Assembly: GCA_964019335.1 (NCBI GenBank)
Contig: OZ025656.1
Coordinates: 372,001 to 436,000, forward strand
From: Diplonema japonicum
Lineage: Eukaryota > Protista > Euglenozoa: Diplonemea
DNA: 64,000 bases
Reading direction: 5' to 3'
Part shown: in pieces, positions 40,055 through 50,757 of the stretch
Numbering within the stretch: the first letter of the stretch is position 1
Layout of the letters: every line of letters begins with the position of its first letter
Notes under the pieces: generated by a model
Told to the model about the DNA's origin: nothing
The model's input: only the letters and a program-made list of their open reading frames with translations
Databases searched by the model: none
Translations under genes and position numbers: made by a program

Positions 40055-43000
40055 ATGTCAAAGCTGGGGTTGGATGTACTCGCGCAGCAGAGGCGAGAAG
40101 AAAGGGAGAGGAAGGGTGAGGAGGAGAAGATGAGGCCACCATCGAAACGAGCGAACGCAGATTTGCAGGACGAAGCAAAACAGTTTTTGAAGAAGAGACG
40201 CGTTACCAACATGGGGAAGGAGATAAAGAGGGAGTACACACCCTCTCCGGAGAGGGAAGACACCGACGGTGGGAGGCACACAGGGTACAAGGCCTCGGAG
40301 TGGACCAACACAGAAGAAGCGCGAATGTGGTACGAGGGCGGCGATGAATTCGGCGGTGGAACCGAAGCAGTAGACCTAGAAGGACAAAATCTAGAGAACG
40401 CGTATTCAAAAAAAAGGCTCGAGGAAAGACAGGAAAACATGAGAAAATCGATGGCGAAGTCGGGTCGTGTGAAGCAAGCCTCCTTAAGGACTCAGCAGAG
40501 GAATGAAGAGGCTGATAAATGGGAGGAGTCGAGGATGTTTGCAGGCGGTGCCATTGGCATGGGCGAGGTAGATCAGGTCGATGATGATCTTGACGCGAAT
40601 ATGATTCGACTCATAGTGAAGAAGCCAACCCCTTCGTTCCTTGCGGCAGGGGTTGTCTTCAGTAAACGTTCGGAGCTTGTCCTTCCCGTTAAGGACATCC
40701 ACTGCGATCTGTACGAAGCTGCCAAAAAGGGCTCTGACCTCCTCCGTTTCGTCCGTGAACAAAAAGACAGGCAAAAGGCCGACCGTGACTCCCTCGACAA
40801 CTCCGGTACTGTTCTAGGCAACCTTGACAACAATGGTGTCGATAGGTCAGCACAGCTTCGAGAGGAACGCCGTCGTGCCATCCGCGAGCGCAAGGCCATG
40901 ACAAAGGAAGAGCTGGAGCAGGAAGAGATCGACGAGGCGAAGAAGAACACCACCTTCTCCGCCAGCGCCAAGTCCGCGCAGTGGAGCGGCGTCAGCGAGT
41001 TCTCCAGAATGAAAATGAAACAGCAGCGCGAATCCCTCCCCGTGTTCGAGTACAGGGAAGCCTTTTTAAAAATGGTCCGCGAGAACAACATCATAGTCGT
41101 GGTTGGCGAGACAGGGTCGGGTAAGACAACACAGCTCGCGCAATACCTCTTCGAAGACGGGTACTGCACGGAAGGATCGTACGGGTCGAAGAGAATGGTG
41201 GGATGCACACAGCCAAGGAGGGTTGCCGCGATGTCGGTTGCAAAGCGAGTATCTGAGGAAGTGGGGTGCGAACTTGGCGACAAGGTAGGGTACTCCATCC
41301 GTTTCGAAGACTGCACCTCAGAAGGCACACTAGTGAAGTATATGACAGACGGTGTCCTACTGCGAGAGACAATGCGTGACCCTGACATCAATCAGTACAG
41401 CGCCATCATCATGGACGAGGCGCACGAGAGGTCGTTGAATACAGATGTCCTCTTTGGGATTCTGAAGACGTGTGTTGGGCGTCGTAGAGATCTGAAGCTC
41501 ATTGTGACCAGTGCTACAATGGACTACGATAAATTTTCAGGTTTCTTCTGCAACTGTCCTGTCTTCAAAATCCATGGACGGACCTTTCCTGTCGACATCT
41601 TCTACCAGCAGACCAACGTCTCTGACTATGTCAACAGCGTCGTGAAGCAGGCCATCACCATCCACCTAACATCAGCCGACGGTGATATCCTCATCTTCAT
41701 GACGGGTCAGGAGGAGATCGAGGTCTCCGCCATGTGGATCGAAAAGAAGCTGCGTGAGAGCAACCCCGAGTCTGCTGACACGCTGATGATCCTACCGATC
41801 TACTCGCTGCTGCCTTCCGAAATGCAGGCAAAGATCTTCGACCCAGCCCCCCCTGGCGTCAGGAAGTGCATCATCGCCACGAACATCGCTGAAACGTCCC
41901 TCACCGTCGACGGCATCTACTTCGTCATCGACAGTGGATTTTGCAAACTGAAGCTCTTTAATCCCAAAACTGGGATGGACTCCTTGCAAGTGTTCCCAGA
42001 ATCGCAGGCAGCGGCGAAGCAGAGATCTGGGCGAGCGGGAAGGACAGGGCCTGGGAAGTGTTTCAGGATGTACACGCAGTACCAATTCGAGCATGAGATG
42101 CTTCCCATGACGGTGCCCGAGATCCAGAGGACTTCTTTGAGCAGCGTGATCCTGTTGCTGAAGTCGCTGGGTGTGAAGAACTTGCTGCACTTCGAGTTCA
42201 TGGACCCCCCGCCGCAGGACAACATGACCAACAGCATGTACCAGCTGTGGATGTTGGGTGCGCTGAATGACAAGGGCGACCTCACACAGGTAGGACACGA
42301 CATGAACGAGTTCCCTGTGGACCCTGCCATGGCGAAGTGTTTGTTGTTTGCAAGCAGCGGTTCCAGCGGCGAAGAGAATTGCGCGGAGGAGGTGCTCACA
42401 GTGGTAGCGTGCCTGTCGTCGCAGTCGAAGATCTTCTTGAGGCCGAAGCAACAAGAGGAGCTGGCCGACCAGATGCGCGAGAAGTTCGTAGTAGCAGAGT
42501 CGGACCACCTGACGCTTCTGAACGCATTCCAAATGTTCAAAATGAATGGACGATCGCAGAGGTGGTGTTCTGATCACTTCATCAACTACAAAGCTATCAA
42601 GAGAGTTGAGGAGGTCCGCGTGCAACTAAAGGACATCTTGCAGAAGAAGAAGAAGAAAATAGGAAGTTGCGGCGGGGACTGGGACCCTGTGAAGAGAGCG
42701 CTGTGCGCGGGGTACTTCATCAACTGCGGGAAGCGGCGTGGGGTGGATGACTACTACTCGATGCTGACAGGGGTGCCATGCTGTGTGCACCCGAGCAGTG
42801 CCCTCTTCAACGGGGGCATGATGCCCGACTACGTCATCTACCACGAGCTTATCTACACACAGAAGGAGTACATGAACACGGTATCTGTTATTGATGGGAA
42901 CTGGATGACGGAGATCGCACCGAAGTTCTTTGAGATCCGTGGCGAGCGGTTCCGCCAGCAGGTTAATGAACCCTCCGATGATGAGGGTTCTGACAGAGAG

Positions 43001-43198
43001 CACGACCTCACTGCGCTCACCAATGAAGGTGCCATCGAAGCTGTTCTTTCAAGGCGCAAGAAGCCCAAGCAGGAGGTCGTCGAGGCGGGAAGGTCTCCCG
43101 CGCAGAACCGCACTCCAGGACGCCGTTCCACTCCCGGAAGGACACCTTCAGCTCTCGCCAGACCGGGCACACCTGGGTACAGACGAAGGGGAATGTAG
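40055..43198 (+). CDS. PRP16: Pre-mRNA splicing DEAH-box helicase Prp16/DHX38
   Basis: GETGSGKTTQ, DEAH, SAT, QRSGRAGR. Prp16-type N-terminal features: WEE.RM, PVKD...AKKGS.L, SEFSR..MKQQRE.LP. Confidence 0.9.
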   Translation: MSKLGLDVLAQQRREERERKGEEEKMRPPSKRANADLQDEAKQFLKKRRVTNMGKEIKREYTPSPEREDTDGGRHTGYKASEWTNTEEARMWYEGGDEFGGGTEAVDLEGQNLENAYSKKRLEERQENMRKSMAKSGRVKQASLRTQQRNEEADKWEESRMFAGGAIGMGEVDQVDDDLDANMIRLIVKKPTPSFLAAGVVFSKRSELVLPVKDIHCDLYEAAKKGSDLLRFVREQKDRQKADRDSLDNSGTVLGNLDNNGVDRSAQLREERRRAIRERKAMTKEELEQEEIDEAKKNTTFSASAKSAQWSGVSEFSRMKMKQQRESLPVFEYREAFLKMVRENNIIVVVGETGSGKTTQLAQYLFEDGYCTEGSYGSKRMVGCTQPRRVAAMSVAKRVSEEVGCELGDKVGYSIRFEDCTSEGTLVKYMTDGVLLRETMRDPDINQYSAIIMDEAHERSLNTDVLFGILKTCVGRRRDLKLIVTSATMDYDKFSGFFCNCPVFKIHGRTFPVDIFYQQTNVSDYVNSVVKQAITIHLTSADGDILIFMTGQEEIEVSAMWIEKKLRESNPESADTLMILPIYSLLPSEMQAKIFDPAPPGVRKCIIATNIAETSLTVDGIYFVIDSGFCKLKLFNPKTGMDSLQVFPESQAAAKQRSGRAGRTGPGKCFRMYTQYQFEHEMLPMTVPEIQRTSLSSVILLLKSLGVKNLLHFEFMDPPPQDNMTNSMYQLWMLGALNDKGDLTQVGHDMNEFPVDPAMAKCLLFASSGSSGEENCAEEVLTVVACLSSQSKIFLRPKQQEELADQMREKFVVAESDHLTLLNAFQMFKMNGRSQRWCSDHFINYKAIKRVEEVRVQLKDILQKKKKKIGSCGGDWDPVKRALCAGYFINCGKRRGVDDYYSMLTGVPCCVHPSSALFNGGMMPDYVIYHELIYTQKEYMNTVSVIDGNWMTEIAPKFFEIRGERFRQQVNEPSDDEGSDREHDLTALTNEGAIEAVLSRRKKPKQEVVEAGRSPAQNRTPGRRSTPGRTPSALARPGTPGYRRRGM

Positions 43199-43356
43199 TA
43201 AAAGAACGGAGGGAGAGAATAAAAAGGTCATAAGTGTATTATTATCGGGGTTTTTATTTCCCCCTCCTCCCCCTTTTTTTTAGAATTGTTTATCGACTGG
43301 GTTGGGGAAAAAAAAAAAAAAAAGCGAAAAATAAATACACACAATAAACACAAACT

Positions 43357-43656
43357 ATGACCCACGTGTACCCCCGATACGGCGCTGATGGGAAGCCCTC
43401 CCAACAGCAGGATTACGTGCATCCCACAGGCCAGCTTCTGAATTATTATTACCCTGGAAGGTCACAGATGGCATGCGGTGGGCAGCAGCAGCAGCGGCCT
43501 GCCCCGCAGTTTATACCGCAAGGTCAACACTGCACACAGGTGTGTAAGGTGAAAATGTGGGAGGCACCACCTCCTATGCAAGTTTGTATTACATGCAACA
43601 CTTGCGTTTCGCAGTGCGGGGTGCAAGCTGTGCCTCTGCAGGGTTTTGGACACTAG
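43357..43656 (+). CDS. Small Gln/Pro/Cys-rich hypothetical protein (99 aa)
   Basis: GC-balanced ORF with ATG after an A-rich tract; CxxxC and CxxCxxC clusters. Confidence 0.5.
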   Translation: MTHVYPRYGADGKPSQQQDYVHPTGQLLNYYYPGRSQMACGGQQQQRPAPQFIPQGQHCTQVCKVKMWEAPPPMQVCITCNTCVSQCGVQAVPLQGFGH

Positions 43657-44324
43657 TTGAGGGGGAGAAAAAAACGATGCTCGTACCGATTAACCTAACC
43701 TTCCCCTCCCCACCTTGTACCCCTTCTCCCCCCCCCCCCCCCCCCCCCCCCCAAGGAATGAGTTGTGGCAGGACTCGTGAAGTCTGCCTTTACCATGGTC
43801 GGGTTGAATCATAGGTTTAAAAAAAGAGATAGAAAGAAAAAAAAAAGAAAAAGAAGAAGAAAACGACTGAGTGGTGAATCTCGCTCGACCTAACCTTTCT
43901 CTCATTCGCTTTCTCTCTCACGCTCTCCCCCCTCCTTTTGTTTTGTTTTTTCTTCTTTTTTTCCTCCGCCCGCTTACCTTTCCTGTTGTCATAAGAGAAC
44001 ATATTCAAAGAAAAAGAAGAAAAGAAATTGTAAATCTGACTGTATCCTTTCCTCCTTTTGTTTTATTAGCTCTTCTTTTTTTTTTTTTTTTTTTTTTTTG
44101 GGACCAATGTTTCCAACCTCCCTGTGGTTCGGTAATTGTGGGTAGGAAGACGACACAGAAAGGGAAACTCTCGCCCTCCTCGGGGACTTGGGAGGCAACG
44201 GGGTGAAGAGCTTCACAAGGGTGGCCTGTCGCTGCATGGCACCGCTAAAATCAACGAGACAACTTTTTGTTTTTTTTTCCCGGCAAACAAAAGGGGAACA
44301 ACTAAAATAGGAGGGGAGGTAAAT

Positions 44325-44866
44325 ATGTTGCGATTAGGAAGCGTAGCGAAGAGTGCAGTGACGGTGGCCGGCGGGTTGGAGGGGCAGAAGCGAGGACATA
44401 AGGATGGTAAGAGAGCGCAGATTTTGTCGTGGAGTGGGTTCACACATGTATGTGAGGGAGGGAAAAAAAAAAAACACACACAGCCCCGTCTTCACGGTGG
44501 TGCGGAGAAGGACAGCCAGGCTTGGATGCTGAACGGGCCAACTCCAAGGCGGCCAGGATCGTACACTCGACGACCTGTTTCTACAAAACGGGCGAGACCC
44601 CACCTTGACCCTTTTGTGTTCAAGTACGTGGGTGTGAAGACCGATGCAAGAGGGCGTCCCATCATGGATGCGTCGCGAAAACATAGGGAGAGCGAAATTC
44701 GGCATGAGTTCAGGTTTGTTAAGGGAAACAAAAAAAAAAAAAAAAAAAAAAAAAAAGGTCACTTCTCACCGAGCGCAATTTCCACGGCTTCCCTCTGCTT
44801 TACTACCAAGCCCCAAGGCCCCACGACAACGTTTGGAACGCGACGGAAAAATGGACCGGGGTCTAG
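44325..44866 (+). CDS. Small basic hypothetical protein, likely mitochondrial (exons 44325-44447, 44484-44713, 44758-44866)
   Basis: MLRLGS...QKRG presequence-like start. Removing two A-tract introns gives a clean ORF ending EKWTGV-stop. Confidence 0.7.
44448..44483 (+). other. Spliceosomal intron, 36 nt, GTATGTGAGGGAGGG(A)12CACACACAG
   Basis: Same architecture as the homology-supported introns; in frame and stop-free. Confidence 0.72.
44714..44757 (+). other. Spliceosomal intron, 44 nt, GTTTGT...(A)27G
   Basis: AG|GT...AG|G. Removal shifts into a sensible C-terminal frame. Confidence 0.75.
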
Positions 44867-45081
44867 TTTTTCTCTCTTTTTTTTTTCTTCTTTTTCTTTT
44901 TCTTTTTCTATTACTCTTCTTTTCGTTCAGTATTTTTTTTTTTAAAAGAATATCAATGAGGAATAAAGATGGGGTGTGAAGAAAAAAAAAAGGAAAAAAA
45001 AAAAGCAAAAGTGTTTTTTTTTTTTATTCTTCTATTCATTGTATTAATTTTTTTCCCCGGTGATCCTTCTCAAAGAGACAT

Positions 45082-45372
45082 ATGCCCCTTGTCACCAAAC
45101 CCCGTTTCGGCTCAGCGGTGGTCCTGTCCATCTTGCTCTTCGGGGTTTACATAGAAGTCACCTCTGGGATGGGGAACATCTGGGTAAGAAAGGACAACAC
45201 AGGCACGCGGAGGGTGCGCTTAGTTGCGTTGCTGAAGTTTATCTTGAGCCCTTTATGGCACAAGGTCATGTGGAGGTACAGCCTTTTGAACGTTAACGGG
45301 GTGATGATGGTTCCTTTGTTAACAGCATTGCTGCTGCGTGTGCTGCGGGTTGCTGAGAAACGGTTGAAATAA
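45082..45372 (+). CDS. Small membrane protein, hypothetical (96 aa)
   Basis: GC-balanced ORF with 2-3 hydrophobic segments. Confidence 0.5.
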   Translation: MPLVTKPRFGSAVVLSILLFGVYIEVTSGMGNIWVRKDNTGTRRVRLVALLKFILSPLWHKVMWRYSLLNVNGVMMVPLLTALLLRVLRVAEKRLK

Positions 45373-45457
45373 AAGTTTTTTGTGTCTTTTCTAAAAGATT
45401 AAAAAAAAGAAAAAAGAAAAAGAAAAAAACACCCCACTCATAGGCGACACACATGCT

Positions 45458-47338
45458 ATGTCGCAGCCAGACCAGACGTACACGCTGCAGCTGTACAACG
45501 CTGACGATCGTCTAGGGTTGAATTTTAAAGAGTTAACAGATGGTATATACATCACTGGAACAACAGCTGGGTCTGCAGCAGCTCGCGCAGAGGTGAGCAG
45601 AGGTGTCTTGGTCACAGTTGCTGGTCGGCCAGTCTCCAACTTCACTGTTCTCAAAGAGGTAGTGGTGGAACAGCAGCGGCTCAAAAACTTGGCCATTCCC
45701 ATCACCGTGCGAAATCACGTCGATGAACCAGCAGGCAGCCCTTCCTCCCTCCCTGTCGCCCACATTCCTCCGAAGCTCAAGTCCTTCGAGTTCGGTACCG
45801 GGCTTCAATACATCAGGGCAATGACAAAGCACAGCAAGTCTGGGAAGCATGTCCCCCGTGTTGTTTGCATCACGAAGAATTATTTCCTTCTCTGCACGTA
45901 TCCCAAAGGTGTGTTGCGGAGACTGCTCTCACTCTCGGAGCTCACGGAAGTCATCCACCAAGAAGGCACCACCTTCAAAACCTTGGTGAAGTGCCGTCCC
46001 CCAGAACACGACATCCTCCTGCTGCACACGCAGAATGACTTGAACGACTCACCGCCATCACGGGAGGAAGTTGACAGGTTGGGGAATACACTGAAAGTAC
46101 TGCACCAGCACATGACGGGGGGGAACCTAAGTGTGAAGTGGGACTCAAGTGCGAATCTGAACGGGATGGCAAGTTTAAGTAAGACTGCAAAGTACAAGGA
46201 GCCAAGAGACAAGATGGAAGACATCAACACCATACGGAAGACCCGCCCGAGTGCCCAGTATTCCCCGTCGCCGATCCCCGCGGATGAGTCATACCAGTCA
46301 CCGCCGTTGCCCCTGCCACCTCCGCCTCCACAGCAGCAGCCTCCGCCGCCTCAGCCTCCTTCAAACCCGCCGCTTCCGCCTCCTTCGCAACCGCCTCCAC
46401 CCACCAATCCGCCACCGTCGTCGCCCGACGCGCCGCAGGAACCTCAGCTGCCCCCCAAAGCACCCCCCGAACCCATCGAACCTGATTCCCCAGCAGCCCC
46501 CCAACCTTCTCCATTGGCCCCCCAACCACTCACCGTACAGCCCATCCAGTCCCTCTACGAACGGCAACAGTCATCGAACGAGCATGCCCTCGATTCACCT
46601 GCACCACAACCCCTCGCACGCCAGCAGTCCTTCCAGCAGCCTGCCAACTCGCAGATGAAAGACGGTCTCCATGCATCACCCACGCCGCACCCCTCTGTGC
46701 GAGAGTCCTCTGCATCAAGAGCTTCACGCAAGGCACAGGAGGAGCTTGCAAACTTTTTAAAACGAGCGGCAGACGATCCGAGCCACCCGTCGCATGTCGA
46801 GGCGGCGAGCGACCTGGGGCATAAACTGCTGCGTGGTGATTGGGGGTATCCTTTGAACCAGGCGCAGGGGAGGAAGTATATAATAGCAGCAGCGGGTGGA
46901 GGCGATGCACGTGCGCAGGAAACTCTGGCGACATTGGAAGAAGAGGGGCAGAGGACAGCTGCAGGGTTCCCGAAGGAGAAGGGAGAATATGAGAAGGTAG
47001 AAGAGAGGTTTAAGCGGAAGGAGAGGACGTTGACAGAGGGACGGGGTTCGGGGAGGGGGAGGTATGTCCCTCGGTTCAGCCCCCCACGGAGGTCGCCTGT
47101 GCGGGAGTCGGCATCGCCGCATAATGCGCAGGGTGCGACTCAGTCCCCGAGCTTGAGGAGGGGCCAGGTCATGTCATCCCCCACGGGCCTTGGCCGCGGA
47201 AGCGGCAGAGGCACGCCTTTGACTACAGACCCTGTAACAGTCACTATGCGTGTCCAATTGGACAGCCCTTATCGCGATACGGACACTTCTAAGATTTCGT
47301 CGACATTTGACTTCCAAGCATGCTTTGATGAAATTTGA
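45458..47338 (+). CDS. Multidomain protein: PDZ-like, PH-like, proline-rich, Sel1-like repeat
   Basis: RLGLNF...IYITGTTAGSAAARA (PDZ-like); K.SK.GK...RVVCIT..Y.LL (PH-like); EAASDLG..L.RG..G...N..QG.KY...AA..GD..AQ (Sel1). Confidence 0.6.
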   Translation: MSQPDQTYTLQLYNADDRLGLNFKELTDGIYITGTTAGSAAARAEVSRGVLVTVAGRPVSNFTVLKEVVVEQQRLKNLAIPITVRNHVDEPAGSPSSLPVAHIPPKLKSFEFGTGLQYIRAMTKHSKSGKHVPRVVCITKNYFLLCTYPKGVLRRLLSLSELTEVIHQEGTTFKTLVKCRPPEHDILLLHTQNDLNDSPPSREEVDRLGNTLKVLHQHMTGGNLSVKWDSSANLNGMASLSKTAKYKEPRDKMEDINTIRKTRPSAQYSPSPIPADESYQSPPLPLPPPPPQQQPPPPQPPSNPPLPPPSQPPPPTNPPPSSPDAPQEPQLPPKAPPEPIEPDSPAAPQPSPLAPQPLTVQPIQSLYERQQSSNEHALDSPAPQPLARQQSFQQPANSQMKDGLHASPTPHPSVRESSASRASRKAQEELANFLKRAADDPSHPSHVEAASDLGHKLLRGDWGYPLNQAQGRKYIIAAAGGGDARAQETLATLEEEGQRTAAGFPKEKGEYEKVEERFKRKERTLTEGRGSGRGRYVPRFSPPRRSPVRESASPHNAQGATQSPSLRRGQVMSSPTGLGRGSGRGTPLTTDPVTVTMRVQLDSPYRDTDTSKISSTFDFQACFDEI

Positions 47339-47623
47339 TATCCTCCCTCAATGAATGTCCCCTACCCGATTCCCAGTTTGTTCCAGTGTTATATAAGAAT
47401 CAACTGGAGAACAGGGGAAGAAAAAGAAAGATTTGTATTCCCCCCTGTTTAGTTTTCACCCCCTTTTTCATTTTTGTTGGGTGGTCCTCAAGTGGGGGCT
47501 TTTTTTCCCTTAAACATCGCCGATTTTCTTTTCTTCCGTCCACTTTGAGAAGGAATAGGTGGATTTATTTTTCTTAAAAGGAAGTAGGAAAAAAAAAAAA
47601 GTTGAAGATGTTTATAAAATAGC

Positions 47624-47851
47624 TATTTATTGCCAACAGATTATGGCCATAATTTCACTCGAGGGGCCGAGAGGGTAAAAAAAAAAAAGTTCGAGAGTAA
47701 GGAATGGCCATAATCTGGGCGGCAAGTAAATAATTTTATCTCACTTTTCAGAAATTGAGTCACTCCGTTGGTTCGAAAAAAATGGGTAAAACCACCAAAA
47801 TTAGATTATAGGGGCTTCCGGAGTGAAGAAATTTCTGAAAAGTGAGATAAA
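47624..47851. repeat. Two adjacent long imperfect hairpins
   Basis: Hairpin 1: 47624-47650 / 47704-47732, 14-bp perfect core. Hairpin 2: 47735-47756 / 47830-47851, 22 bp perfect, plus an 8-bp inner stem. Confidence 0.8.
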
Positions 47852-48873
47852 TAATATAATAAAAATAAGAAAGAAAAAATAACAAAACAATAGAAAACAA
47901 AAAGAAAACAAAAAAAAAACCCCCCTTGTACTCTGTCCAGCTAAATTTTTAACGATAAGAAGACCTACGGCCCGGAGATTTCTTTTTTCCCTGTTTTTTT
48001 TTTTTCTGAATTTTATTCCGTTTTCATCAAACCGGGTTTGTATTGAGGAGAATTACCGTTCAGGAAAAAGCCATTCTTTTTCTTGTTATGGTGTTACAGT
48101 TGTCGGTGTGCTTTTTCAAAGGGCTTCTTTTTTGTCCAAGTCGGACCAATACCGCCCCCTTTTTTTTCCCAACAAAATAAAAATAAAAATAAAAAACCGG
48201 AAATCTTCTATGGAAATTAAATTTAGCTCGGGTCAGTTGAAGGGGGGAGGGGACGGGGGGAAAAATGACTGGTTTCCTCTCTTTTTCCCGAGTTTCTCTC
48301 CTCAATCTACTTGCTTTTTTTTTTCTTTTTTTTTTTTCTTTTTTTTCTCTTCGTCTTTATCTTGCCACTTTGTTGCTGTATTGTGTTTATCTTTTTATTC
48401 CCTCTCTTCGTACATATATCTTCTCCATCTTAAAGCCGTGCAACACAAACACAACAAACAGGAGGGGAGGTGGTGGAAAGCGCAATATTTTGCCCAACAT
48501 GCCCACGCAGCCATACGTCCTGTCCGGAGCGAAGCAGTGCGTCAGCACGAGCGGAGTGGGGAGAAAGGTGAAGTGCTGCGACCGCAACAACAGCAATCAA
48601 GAAGCAAGGATAGTAGTACCTCCACTGGCCGTTGGTGGCCCATGGCAATGGCAGGGCAGAGATGGGAAATATATCGGATACGTTACCTGCCACTGACACG
48701 TGAAGCAGGGGACTCTTTACACGTGGGGGGGGACCAAAGTGGGATACCTTCTTCTTATTCGTGCCATCCATCTACCCACTGCACACAAGGCCGGGGGGGG
48801 GGGGGGAGGGGGGCATTTCAGAAATTTAAAAAAAAAAAAAGAAGAGAAGAAAAGGGTGGAAAAAAAAAAAGAA

Positions 48874-50625
48874 ATGCTCACCCTCGAAGAGAAGACCGCC
48901 CTTGTCGTCGAGGAGCTCAGCATCAGCAACGCGTCTCTGCATTTCGACATAAAGGCTTGGCATGGTATATCAAAGGTCTTAGGTTACTCAGACGAGCTGA
49001 TCCAACTTATCAGTGAAGGTTGCGAGGGGGGTATGGAAAGCTTCTTTACCGACCTCCCGATGCTTGTTGAGGCTGTGTGGAACGTGGCAGTCACATTGCG
49101 AGGTCAGAAGGACGCCAGGCGTGCAAAGGAGGAGGTTGAGGTGATGCAGCGGCGTATGAAAAATGCCATAACCGACAAGGAGTCCATCATGACCAGCTTG
49201 CCTGCCTTAGACGATCAACTGGTTGTGATGCTCATGCGGAAGGAATCTGCTGAGGCGCAACTACACATTCCCCACCTCCACACGCCCACTCCCAACCCTT
49301 CTTTCATCACCGTGCTCCCTCCTACTGTCTCTGCCGAGCAAGCCCTTTCTATCTCCTCGCGGATCCAGTCTCTCTGGCGAGCCAAGCCAGGTGGCATCTT
49401 CGACGAGCTGACTGAGAACCTCAAAGCCTGCGATGCCACCCTCAAACCGCTGAAAATTGCCAGCACCGCGTTTTCCCTGCATGAAAACCTCCCCCACCAC
49501 GACCTGAGCCCCCTTGAGCTCTTCTGTATACACCTCTTCAGCCTCACTGCACAGGATCTGGACTCCGTGATGGGGTACAACGACACCATCTGTAAGAACC
49601 CTGTCGTCGCGAAGGTTGTTTGCTGGTGCCTGAAGACAGCAGCCAATGGCAGACAGGAGAGCTGGGCTATTGTTAAAAAGTGGGTAAAGCTCATCGTGTT
49701 GCTGTCGGCGGTGGCGCACATCGGGTGCCCCACACGTGCTGAGGGGGACCCCCTCGTGGCACCCGCTGTTGTGTACTCGGAGAACAGCCAGCACAAAGGC
49801 TTCACCGTCACAGACATCGTGAAGGAGACACCTCCCGCAGAAGTATTGCTATGCCCGTTCCTCTTAGGCATCGAAGATCTGCACAGCGAAGCGCGCGAGG
49901 ACGCAAAGGCGGGAACGGCATTGTTAGAGCCTTATAGAATGGCAGCAACAGGGTACGTGATGAAAGTGAGACAGGGCCTGCTGGAGAAGGCAGAAGAGAA
50001 CAAAGACAACATAGAAATCGCCCTGAGGGATCTAGGGAGGACGTTGGAGGAGAGAGAGGAAGAGCTAGCGCAGAAAGATAAGGAATTAGGCAACAAGGAA
50101 GCACGGATAAGTGAACTGGAACGCACACTGAGAGAAGAGAGAGAAGGACTGGCGGTGCTGCAAAAGGAGCGAGAGGAGGTGGTTGCGAGGAAGGAGAATA
50201 TGGAAGTAGAAGTGCAGCGGATGGAAGACGAGAGGGACAACGTGGTGCTTGACATGAAGCATGCCGAGCTTGCTGTCGAGGAGGTTAAGGGCGAGGCAGA
50301 GGATTTACGCGAGGCGCTTCAAGATATCGCGATAAAGTCGGCTTCAGAGGCCTCGCATATCCGTCAGCACCTTGCACGTTCCAAGCAGCTCTATGCCGAG
50401 GCGAACAGCACGGTGTCGCGCTCTATGGCAGCCCTCCCGTCACTCATCCAACAGGCCTCAGATGCCTCGCAGCAAGCGACCACCTTCACGAACCATCCAT
50501 CCAGATCCGACATACGCGCTGTCGAGCAGGAGGTGGCCGTTGCTGTGCAGCGTCGGGCTTTGATGGAACGAGAGGAGCAACACAAACACACGTTTAGAGC
50601 TCTGCAGGAAAGCAGGTTCCGATGA
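48874..50625 (+). CDS. Coiled-coil hypothetical protein with a possible degenerate ART-like segment
   Basis: Long ORF with C-terminal heptads. LSPLELFCIHLFS...KWVKLIVLL weakly recalls helices preceding ART catalytic cores. Confidence 0.65.
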   Translation: MLTLEEKTALVVEELSISNASLHFDIKAWHGISKVLGYSDELIQLISEGCEGGMESFFTDLPMLVEAVWNVAVTLRGQKDARRAKEEVEVMQRRMKNAITDKESIMTSLPALDDQLVVMLMRKESAEAQLHIPHLHTPTPNPSFITVLPPTVSAEQALSISSRIQSLWRAKPGGIFDELTENLKACDATLKPLKIASTAFSLHENLPHHDLSPLELFCIHLFSLTAQDLDSVMGYNDTICKNPVVAKVVCWCLKTAANGRQESWAIVKKWVKLIVLLSAVAHIGCPTRAEGDPLVAPAVVYSENSQHKGFTVTDIVKETPPAEVLLCPFLLGIEDLHSEAREDAKAGTALLEPYRMAATGYVMKVRQGLLEKAEENKDNIEIALRDLGRTLEEREEELAQKDKELGNKEARISELERTLREEREGLAVLQKEREEVVARKENMEVEVQRMEDERDNVVLDMKHAELAVEEVKGEAEDLREALQDIAIKSASEASHIRQHLARSKQLYAEANSTVSRSMAALPSLIQQASDASQQATTFTNHPSRSDIRAVEQEVAVAVQRRALMEREEQHKHTFRALQESRFR

Positions 50626-50757
50626 CATAGGTTCTGATGACAACACTAACTAGACTTGTAGACAAGTAATGTACTGTTCATACCTTTTTCGTGTCAATCT
50701 TTCCTTCTGACATATATACACAAACAGTCACCGGGAACAAGAAAAAAAGAGAAGAAA

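Noticed and set aside
50635-50710. Possible box C/D snoRNA (TGATGA...CTGA)
   Set aside because: No terminal stem or clear D'/C' boxes, and no convincing guide next to box D.
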